From positions 15,748,001-15,812,000 of the forward strand of contig OX597825.1 of NCBI GenBank assembly GCA_951406725.2: a stretch of DNA of 64,000 nucleotides. The letters are read 5' to 3'. Shown one piece after another: positions 53,624 to 64,000 of this stretch (positions are counted from its first letter, which is position 1; the number at the start of each line of letters is the position of its first letter). Position numbers and translations under genes: made by a program. The notes under the pieces were generated by a model that did not search any database, was not told the origin of the DNA, and saw nothing but the letters and a program-made list of their open reading frames with translations. The stretch comes from Octopus vulgaris (Eukaryota).

Positions 53624-53651
53624 TGTCGTCGTCGTCATCATCATCATCATC

Positions 53652-53689
<38 letters not shown>

Positions 53690-53760
53690 TGTCGTCATCA
53701 TCATCATCATCATCATCTTCATTATCACCACCATCATCACCATCGCCATCAATAACAAGA
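53212..53760. repeat. (CAT)n array
   Basis: Direct reading. Confidence 0.95.
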
Positions 53761-54544
53761 ACAACGGTGATTGTTTGTATTTTTCGCGATGTCAGCTGAC
53801 TTATTTCTTACATCACCAATAACTCTACCACAGCCTGCATCCTCTCCTGCATCCTCCCATTTAAGCCTGTTTTTAAGTCTCGTTCCGACCTGAAACCACC
53901 ACCAACAGACGAACTCATCCAAAACCCTTGTAACAAAAGCTAAAATGGCCTTAAGACCAAAACAATAATTTGATACAAATTCCATATCGGTAAATTTATA
54001 AAATTAAAGATTCATTATTTTTCTTAGCATATGTGTGAAGCCCATAGGTCCTTCTACACTTGTAACTCGCCCTTGGTAATAAAGATGTATTCCATTCTTT
54101 GTTTAGTCGGTGATATATGGTAAGTGGTGTCTACAATCAATGATTTTATGAGAACACGCAGAACAATAAGAAGATAATTTTCTTGTTTTCCCCGCAAGAA
54201 AAATAAAATTAAAGCATGATAATGTAGTTACAATACCATTCAAACAAGTCGAAATAGGAACATAATTATCAAATGTTCGAGTTATTTTGTTATTGTGTTA
54301 ATACACATAAATAGATATAGAGATAGATACATATTTAGATATAAGTGTGCATGTATAGGTATATGTATACCAACGAACTTATGTGTAGCCAAGTATGCTT
54401 GAAAAGTAGTTTCGGATTCAATCCCACTGCACGGCACACTGGGCGAAGTGTCGCCTAATAAAGCCCCAGGCCGACCAACGCCTTGTGAGTGAATTTGGTA
54501 AACGAAAACAGTCAAAGCCGCCGTACATATATATACATATATAC

Positions 54545-55034
54545 GTAAAAGACTTTTTCTATACCTGAGCGTTAAACTAATACATCTGTTTGTTTTGTAC
54601 ACCACCTGTCTTCGTGTTTTGTTTTTTTTTCGTAAACTCTCCCTATATATATATATATATATATATATAACGGGAAGCTTTATGAAAATAAACAAAAGAC
54701 GAAGGCAGGTGGAAAACAAACGAACAATTGTATTAGTATGGCGCTCAGGAAATATAAATAAAACAAGTCTTTAACGTTTCGAGCCTACGCTCTTCAACAG
54801 AAAGATACACAGAGAGAGAAAAACACAGAATATATATATATATATAGTGAGAATTTACATAAAGACAAAAGACGAAGATGGGTGTGTAAACAACAAACTG
54901 ATGTATTAGTTTAACGCTAGGGAAGTGAGAAAGTCTTTTACGTTTCGAACCTACGCTCTTCGACAGAAAGGAACACAGAAATAAACAGGGAGAGAAAATA
55001 GAAAAAGGTTTAGTGGCTACCGATCTATCATGGC

Positions 55035-55036
<2 letters not shown>
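54545..55036. mobile_element. Cluster of three GAGCGTAGGCTC-family mini-elements (one + tail, two - copies) separated by (TA)n
   Basis: Hammerhead-like cores on the minus strand at 54768-54805 (CTGTTGA...GAAACGTT) and 54934-54971 (CTGTCGA...GAAACGTA). Confidence 0.75.
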
Positions 55037-55106
<70 letters not shown>

Positions 55107-55355
55107 AATGTGAGGATAAAATTCTTTTCGAAAAAAATATTTTCTCGAAAAAAATTTTATCAATGGCCAGCATATTAAAAAATACCTTTAACGGTTAAAT
55201 TTATAAACAATTCATAAATGAGGGCAAAGGAAAAAATTTCTAATGCCAAATATGCCGAAAAATTGGACATATTGTCCATTAACCATATAATTTTTTCACA
55301 ATACGCACGCTACTCGAAAAAAGGTCGACAGAAATTTCTAAAAATTCCATTATTA

Positions 55356-55418
55356 CCATATCGGACCGATTTCAGAGTTAGCTACTAAGAGCCTTCTCTT
55401 CGTCAGTGATGCATGTGG
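55356..55418 (-). ncRNA. Hammerhead motif inside an approximately 450-bp element (55104-55550) bounded by (TA)n
   Basis: Minus strand reads CCACATGCATCA-CTGACGA-AGAG...CTCT-GAA-ATCGGT-C-CGATATGG: canonical CUGANGA, GAAA and a GUC triplet. Confidence 0.65.
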
Positions 55419-55547
55419 CAAAAGAAATAAATAAGATACTTACTCATACCCATGGAAGAAGCAAATACTAAGTCATGGGCACAACTAAGTACCCCAAATA
55501 CATCCAAAATAGAAATACTCCAGCCCATTCGAGGCACGTGCGATTTG

Positions 55548-55592
<45 letters not shown>

Positions 55593-55639
55593 ATAATAAC
55601 AATAATCCTTAGATGGACGCATTGCTACGCGCGTTCCAA

Positions 55640-56192
55640 CAAATCACATCACTTTTAAGATAACATTCCGTATTCCTGAGATAATTACAGTGTAGCTCGA
55701 AGTATCCGTGGACATCGGGTTGATCATCTTCATGGATACATTTCTTCGGGCGTTATAACATTAATTGATGTTTAACAAAGAAATGTTTGTCTCCTTTGAG
55801 GTTAGAGAGACGATCCTATAACTTTTTGCATCCGTTCTACTACCTTGTAAGGTTTGTCTTTACATTTTTGACAGCCTTGGCTTCTTTCTCTGCCCTCTCT
55901 TTCTCCTGAGAGAGCTTGGGATCAAGTTCAATCTCAAGCAATGTTTCTTTCAAATAGGATTCGTTGCTATCCTTTGACGGTTTGAGATCTTTGTTCGTCG
56001 TCTCATTAGAATCTTCCTATGCTTGGGAATTGTTTCTCTGTCGTTTTGGCATTCGCTCTGGAACAAACTTACCGCATATGTCATGCATGATTGTCATAAA
56101 GTTCTGTAGCTTTATGTCAATATCTTGCGTAGAGAATTTCGTAGACCGATTTTGTTCCATGATCTCTTTCTGAATATATTTTTCCAATCAGG
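55640..56192 (-). pseudogene. Decayed, multiply deleted ORF2 fragment of a CR1 LINE related to the 33-kb element
   Basis: DIDIKLQNFMTIMHDICGKFVP vs DINMKHKHFMSIIQAICDKYVP; IPKHRKILMRRRTKISNR vs IPRERRILMRRRTRIANR; SQEKERAEKEA vs SHEKERADKEA. Confidence 0.85.
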
Positions 56193-56208
56193 TGTGTGTG
56201 TGTGTGTG

Positions 56209-56261
<53 letters not shown>

Positions 56262-56265
<4 letters not shown>

Positions 56266-56463
56266 TCATTTTTCTCTCTTCATTATTTTTTTACTTCTCT
56301 CTCCATTTTTTAATTTTTTTTTTATTCTCAACCATTTCTGCCGAAGAGCGTAGGCTCGAAACGTCAAAGGCCTTTCCATTTTCCCCGAGCGTCAAACTAA
56401 TATACCTGCTTATTGTTCGCTCACCTGTCATCGTATTTTCTTTTGTTTTCTATAAATTTGAAT

Positions 56464-56465
<2 letters not shown>
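56262..56465 (+). mobile_element. GAGCGTAGGCTC-family mini-element
   Basis: CTGCCGA-AGAGCGTAGGCTC-GAAAC-GTC-AAAGG at 56338-56370. Microsatellite on both sides. Confidence 0.72.
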
Positions 56466-56547
<82 letters not shown>

Positions 56548-56871
56548 CATGGATACATTTAGATGCATATACGTAGAAGTATTTGTATCTGTACCGATGT
56601 ATATCAATATACACCTATTTCTTCATCTATGCTTGAATATACATGTCTGTTTATGCATTCTTAAGAATGGGTAACCATGTGTCTGCAGATGTATGCACCT
56701 GTTATATACCAACACGTTATATATTCATATATGTATTATGTGCTCGTAAGCCAGTTTGGAGGAATCGCTTCATCTATACGCATCTAACTCTGTATATAAG
56801 CAACTTCAAACTGCACAACTATGTTACTTCATATATATATACATACATATATATACATATACATACATACT

Positions 56872-56902
<31 letters not shown>

Positions 56903-57105
56903 TACATATAAATATACGTATGTATATATACATATATATGTGTGTGTGTACGTATGTGTGGAGGGTGAAACTGGGTAGTTGCATGTCTGTCTGGACTTGT
57001 AAGCATTTATACATGTCCATATTAGCTATCCATCGATTTATTTGTACACCTCAGTGTTACTTTGCAAATGTATGCGATTTTACATATATATAAATATATA
57101 TGGAT

Positions 57106-57208
<103 letters not shown>

Positions 57209-57896
57209 TAAATGGGTGTGTGATTACGTATGTATGCATATATTTATACCTACACACAGACATACTTATATGTTTGTATGTGCGTGTGTTTCCTTCCTTT
57301 GAAATTTTTCATAACTTTTCTATTGAAAATTTACCACTATAGGTATGTAAACATGGACATAAGCACACAACCACACACACACACACACAGGTACATGCAC
57401 GCACAATCATAAATATATATTGATATACACATAGATACATACTTAGGTAAACATATAAATATACTCACACCACATATATGTATAATATGTAAGCATCAGA
57501 TATGTAATTTACCCTTCAGTATTGAGTTTTTCTGTTACTTTGTTCGTAGTACTAACGTTTATACAGTCACGCAAAGAAGCATACAGCATACACTACGGGT
57601 TATATATATAGACCAAGATATATGTGTATACATCCGTGTAATGTATATCTAGAGCGTTTTCTTTTTATCCCTCTTATCATAATTTCTCACAATTTTCTCA
57701 TGTAACTTTAGTATTACGAAATGACAGCATTCAAAATTTAACCTGCAATGGCGTTTTAATTTCCAAGCTTTGCAGCATGTTTATCTATATGTATGTAAAT
57801 ATGTGAATGTGTGTATGAATGTATACGTACGTATGCGCGTACGTAAGTATATACGAGCACGCAGACACACAAACATATACATATATATATATACGT

Positions 57897-57965
<69 letters not shown>

Positions 57966-58275
57966 AAGATGAATAATCTTGTAGTAGATTAATCAAAAGT
58001 TTAACCGATACCTTGGTAGCAAAAATCACAGTGCACGGTTGAGGGGTTATGAGTGTGTTGAAGAAATGTGAGCTAATATATGTGTTTCGAAAGGCAGACC
58101 AAAATCCGATTGAATAATGGGACCATATTGTGTCTTTTCTTCAGGATTATCTTGCAGTACAGAGGCGGAGCAAAAACAAATCGAACTAGTGTCTGTGAGC
58201 TAATATATGAGATTACGATTATCTGCGTATGTGTATATACGAACATATTCGCATATATGTATACATATATATATA

Positions 58276-58336
<61 letters not shown>

Positions 58337-58337
58337 T

Positions 58338-58369
<32 letters not shown>

Positions 58370-58599
58370 AGATAGAATACGTACTAGGCTTAGAAAGTCC
58401 TGCAGTTAATTTGTTCGACTAAAGGCGGTGCTCCAGCATGGTCGCAGTCGAATGACAGAAACAAGTTAAAGAATATAAATATATGTATATACATATATGT
58501 ATGTGTATATATGTATATGAGATAATAACAATTCAAAGTAAATAATTCTGAAAAGGTTTTTTGTGCTTTCCCAAAGAATATTACCCTCAGCAGCGCTAG

Positions 58600-59018
58600 T
58601 GTTGGTATATACGGGAATAAGTCACTATCCGAAATAAGTGTTTAAGGGTTGTACTGAATAAATTGCGAAATTAACTCTAATAGTTCAAATACTAAGAAAT
58701 AAGCATACTCAATTTGATTGATACCAAATGGTTTAGGAAAATGAATGCGTTATTTCCCTTGGCTGTTAAAATCTGGACGAATGGGCTATTTCCCTTGGAT
58801 GTTAAAATGAAATATATTATATATATATAAGGATCCCTTCCAGGGACCCTATTATCGATTTTTTTTTCAACAATCTGAGTATGTCATGAGGTTTCCAGAT
58901 ATGAGTTGTACTCACGTATCAAGTTTCATTAAATCGATAAAACTATGTAGGAGGAGTTAGCTAACAACTCGACAAACAAACACACCCACTCATAGAATTT
59001 CCTACATATGTAGTAGAT
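58600..59018 (-). mobile_element. Old Helitron/HINE-like relic
   Basis: The end resembles the 48.5-kb Helitron (GTAGGAGGAGTTAG...GACAAACAAACAC...AGAT). The other terminus is unclear. Confidence 0.4.
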
Positions 59019-59211
59019 ATGTATACATATATGCATTATATATATATATATGCATGTATATATATATATATATTTGTGCATATATATATATACATATATA
59101 CGCATATATATATATACATGTATATATCTATATTATTTATATTTTATATATATATATATGCATGTATATATATATGTATTTGAGTGTGTATATATATACA
59201 TATATACACAA

Positions 59212-59243
<32 letters not shown>

Positions 59244-59244
59244 G

Positions 59245-59329
<85 letters not shown>

Positions 59330-59354
59330 TATTCATATTTTATATATACATATA

Positions 59355-59650
59355 TGGAGGGGTATGGCCTAGTGGTTAGAACAGCGATTCGCGGTCGAGG
59401 GATCACAGGTTCGAATCTCAGACCGAGCGATGTGTGTGTTTATGAGCGAAACAACCTAAGCTCCACGTAACTCTGGCAGAAGGTAATGGAGAACTTCTGA
59501 TGACTCTTTCGTCACAACCTTCTCTCACTTTCTCTTCCTGCATCTAGCAGCTCACCTGTGACGGACTCTCCTGGTGGGGAACTACACGCCAACGAAACCG
59601 GGAAAGGAGTCTTTAGGAGCCAGACATGGCTCGAGAAGGAACAAACAACA
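59355..59650 (+). mobile_element. SINE-C, tail variant 2
   Basis: tRNA head, body and AAACAAC tail. Confidence 0.85.
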
Positions 59651-59989
59651 TATGTATGTGTGTGTGTATATGTTACGCTTGTCTGTGAGTTAATGTACAG
59701 GAAATGTGTATGAAACGCCAGTAACGTGGCGATTTTCGGTAATTCTAGAGGAGGCGGGTTGTGGTGGGGTTGCCACTAATTCCATGATGCGCCATTTGGT
59801 TTGCATTAGTCTTGGAAGAAGATGATTTGTGAAGCATTGAGTTAAGAACAACAACGTCCTCGTTGTGACTTTAAGTACTTCCACACTCTGACAGTTATGT
59901 AATGCGTATATTATGTATGTCTGTATGCACACATATTTGTTTACAGCAGCTAATATATGCAATGCATATGCATCCATATGTATATGAGC

Positions 59990-60089
<100 letters not shown>

Positions 60090-60236
60090 CGAACATGATT
60101 GTTAGGACATATATACGCATGTACATGTAATAAAAATTTTAAGAGCTGTATAATCCACTCTTTCACTCCCTCTCTATCTCTCTATCTCTCTCTCTTTCCC
60201 TCTCTTTTTATCTATCTATCTATCTTTCTCTATTTT

Positions 60237-60283
<47 letters not shown>

Positions 60284-60614
60284 CCACCCACGAATGTCTT
60301 AGCATCGCAGACACAAGTAGACGGATAAATAATTCTTGAATGCCTCATGGCATAAAGGATACAGCACATAAATACTCCAACACACACACACATACACACA
60401 CACACACACATATACCATACACACTTAAACACATATATCCATTCATACCTATACATACTCGTACACACACACGTGTGTGTGTGTGTGTTTGTATGAGAGA
60501 GTGCGTGGGTACATATGTTGATGGATATGTATGTGCTTATTGGTGTACGTAAATAAATATATATATATATATATATATGAATGTATATATATATATATAC
60601 ATACATACACACGC

Positions 60615-60646
<32 letters not shown>

Positions 60647-60725
60647 ATGTATATATGTATATATATATATATATAATGTATATATATGTGTATGTACCCA
60701 AACATCTATACATGTATATAAATAC

Positions 60726-60777
<52 letters not shown>

Positions 60778-60958
60778 ACGCATAAACACACAGACCCACA
60801 TATATATACACACATGTATAGATATATATATATACACACACATATTTATATTACATATATATACATATACATATACATGTATATATATATATACACACAT
60901 ACACATTAATAAATACATATATATGTATATACATGCATACACACACGTACACACACTA

Positions 60959-61009
<51 letters not shown>

Positions 61010-61397
61010 CATATACACACACACACACACAACACACACAAGTGCATACACATACATCAAAAAGTCTACAAAAATGGAACGAGGTATAAAGAATTGCTCG
61101 AATAACTCAAATCGTGACTCTAAATTCATGGCTTTTTCCTATATTTTTTGTTTTGTGTTTTTATCGTTTGTTATACTTTTTTGTTGTTGTTGTTGTTGTT
61201 GTTGTTTGTTTTTTTTGTGTATTTGTTTATCTCAGCCCATGGCAAATTATTTGAACAGTTCAACCCCCGTCACAGTTTTTTTACCACACACATTCCACAC
61301 ACACACGCATACATACCTACATGCATTCACCTGCAGACAATTACGTAATCTTGAACATGACTTTAATAGCCATGTTTGTCACTTTGAGACAGATTTC

Positions 61398-61409
61398 TAG
61401 TAGTAGTAA

Positions 61410-61452
<43 letters not shown>

Positions 61453-61571
61453 TCTAGTAGTAGTAGAGGCTTTTTTGGTGTTGGTGATAGTAGTGGTGGT
61501 GGTGGTGTTGTTGGTGGTGGTGGTGGCGGCGGTAGTGGTTGTAGTAATTGCAGTAGAGGCGGTTGTGGTTT

Positions 61572-61605
<34 letters not shown>

Positions 61606-61736
61606 GATGGTGATGGTGGTGGTCGTCGTTGTAGTAGTAGTAGAGGCTTTTTTGGTTTTGGTGGTAGTAGTAGTGGTGGTGGTGGTGGCTGTGGTGGTAG
61701 TAGTTGCAGTAGTAGTAGTAGAGGCGGTTGTGGTTT

Positions 61737-61796
<60 letters not shown>

Positions 61797-61810
61797 GTGG
61801 TGGTGGTAGT
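61398..61810. repeat. Compound (TAG)/(GGT) array with a higher-order ~180-bp duplication
   Basis: AGAGGCTTTTTTGGT and AGAGGCGGTTGTGGTTTTAG each occur twice. Confidence 0.9.
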
Positions 61811-62124
61811 TGGTATGGTTGTCTTCTTCCAATCGGGACTCACGCCATTAACCACAAAGAATAGTCTCTAATTCGAGCCTACTCTAAGCTACTAAGAATG
61901 CGTGTGGCAACTTGAAGATCCACCCACCACACGCGATAGACTGGCGGTTGCACTGACACGAAAGCTACTTTGTTATCCTCATTCCGTAAACGGTGGCTTT
62001 TAACGGGTGGAGAGCTGAACCATCCTGGGCTACAGAGGATTCGCAATCTAGACTAGGGTCTGAAAGTTTACCACACCATAGTGGGTTACACCATGGTTCT
62101 TCTGCTTTGTGGCCGAAGTAGGAA

Positions 62125-62307
62125 GAAAGAGTGAGAGAAAGTTGTGGTGAAAGAGTACAGCGAGATTCACCACCACCGCCACCGGAGCCTCTTGAAGCTT
62201 AGGTGTTTTTGCTCAATAAACACTCACAATGCCCGGTCTGGGAATCGAAACAGCGTTCTTACGACCGCGAGTCCGCTGCCCTAACCACTGGGCCATTGCG
62301 CCTCCAC
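62125..62307 (-). mobile_element. SINE-C 5' half
   Basis: Reverse complement of the 19631 head. Confidence 0.85.
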
Positions 62308-62674
62308 GGTTGTTGTTGTTGTTGCTGCTTAGACCCAGATCTGCCGTAAATAAACAGATCTAAGGCGTTCGAGGCATGACCATCTTCACCAAGAGCTACG
62401 TTGACCAATGTGTTCCTTCATTTTTTTTTCCTAAGACGGCGTAAGAGTGAGTGATTTAAAGGAATTAGGTTGCTATTTCTAATCGGCCGATTGACCCTAA
62501 AGCGTTTCCGTTGTTTAGTAATTACAGGCGTTGTTGCGTAGCCCAAGGTAAACCATGATCCAGTCGACCTGTGATCCCTTGCACTCTGACCCCTAATCCA
62601 GTAACCAGTCATTGTATGTCCAAGGTCTACATTACCCAGCATGCCGTGTTTCCTGACGGCTGTGTGTAGTTTAA

Positions 62675-62990
62675 CCCATTGGCATTTAAACCGGCAAAAT
62701 CCGGATGAAAGATATTCTCCCTGCTTTATATCAAAATTGGCCAGGTCCTGCCTTTCACACCTACCCTACAATGTCAGTGTAAAGAAAATTTGAAAAATTT
62801 GAAGTTGCAAGACATAAGAATGTGTACACGTATTTTGTATGAATGTATACATACATCCAAATCATACATACGTGTGAATAGCTATCCACAGCCCCTTCAG
62901 ATACTCCTCACATACGTGCACACAACCACACACACACACACATACACCCAAAATCCGTACACACTTGTCCCACTGTACTTCTTCTCTCCT

Positions 62991-63026
<36 letters not shown>

Positions 63027-63099
63027 ATTGTATGCTTAATTAAAAACAATGTGACTAAATAAACATTGCATTTGACAGAGTAATCTGAACGCTAAAAAG
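62675..63099 (+). mobile_element. piggyBac-like MITE
   Basis: TTAA flanks (62671-4, 63100-3) with degenerate TIRs CCCATTGGCATTTAAA.../...TCTGAACGCTAAAAAG. The left end is also present inverted at 29940-30045. Confidence 0.55.
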
Positions 63100-63419
63100 T
63101 TAAAGGCTATTTAGCTGCTATTTCTAGTAAATATGCTGACCCCTTTGCGGTTTACATTTGCTTCTTGTTGACGTTATTGACATTGTTGTTCTTTAGTCCT
63201 TTATTTTCACTTTTTTTTTTTCGGCTCCCGATCTCGCGGACCCACATGTCTGTAGAAGCTTTGCTTCAATTTGAACACGGTACTATTTTTTTGTTTTATT
63301 TTTTTTTGTTAGATACCACCTGACCTGATGACGTCATAGAAAAATTATTCAATAAAGTTCTTTGGTCAGACAATAGATGGTGTGACCGCCATCAGCATAG
63401 AAAAAATATCTTCCATCTC

Positions 63420-63570
63420 CAAATCGTTCAGAGATCAAATTCTGCCGAGGTCAACTATGCTTTTCATCTGTCCAGGGTCGATGAAATACGTACAAATTGA
63501 GCACTAGGAGTCGATATAAGCGACTGTCCCCCTCCTCAAATAATTCATGCCTTGTGCCTGTTATAGAAAG
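63420..63570 (+). mobile_element. Diverged SINE-A (A2 tail)
   Basis: Core and A2 tail are recognisable. Confidence 0.7.
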
Positions 63571-63745
63571 GAAGAGAAACGATTATGAAAAGAATTTCTT
63601 TTCCAGTTACTTCGTCAGACTGTTGTATTTGATGTTCCTCTTGCACACAATAAATTCCGTATGAATATTTGAAACCTTGACTTCGTTTTCATATTTCCAC
63701 TTCATATTCACGCAACTATTTCACCTTTTGTAATGTTCAAACGTT

Positions 63746-64000
63746 GTGAAGGCGCGTGACTTAGCGGTTAAGGTGTTGTTGCAAGGATATCGACGTAAGA
63801 TCGTGAAGTGGTGCGTTGTGCCTTTAACCAAAACGCTTTATTTTCTACATTACTCCAGGTTTTTGTTTGTTCCTTCTGGAGCCACGCCTGGCTCATAAGG
63901 GCCGGTTTCCCGGTTTCCTTGGCATATAGGTTCTCCACCTGGACGGGACGCCAGTCCGTCGCAGGTGAGCTACAAGATGCAGGAGGAAAGAGTGAGAGAA
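63746..64000. mobile_element. SINE-D head (+, 63746-63857) abutting SINE-C tail (-, 63858 to window end)
   Basis: Family matches. Confidence 0.75.

Noticed and set aside
63325-63345. CTGATGA...GAAA hammerhead-like spacing
   Set aside because: No stem II or stem I pairing; expected by chance.

Overview
This is AT-rich eukaryotic (metazoan) non-coding DNA dominated by repeats. The repeat landscape resembles octopus/coleoid cephalopod genomes (my recollection, not a database result). No host protein-coding gene is confidently visible, and almost all ORF-track entries are microsatellite or SINE artefacts. Real content: (1) a near-intact CR1-group LINE (33068-36775) with a CCCH-finger ORF1 and an APE+RT ORF2, broken only by three single-base shifts in homopolymer runs; (2) relics of related LINEs, including an ORF1 with a Myb/trihelix-like N-terminus plus a CCCH finger (49767-50590); (3) four tRNA-derived SINE families (labelled A-D here); (4) RTE, mariner, Tc1/DD37D, Merlin-like, piggyBac-like and Helitron pieces; (5) at least five small families carrying hammerhead-ribozyme-like cores, inserted in (TA)n arrays and often inverted (Penelope-like). 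The two most notable signals are SINE-A repeatedly re-inserting at one internal GG(T/C)ATTT site of its own copies and leaving flanking duplications of up to about 205 bp, and the hammerhead mini-elements with recurrent non-canonical core bases. Repeat boundaries are approximate unless a TSD or TIR is quoted.
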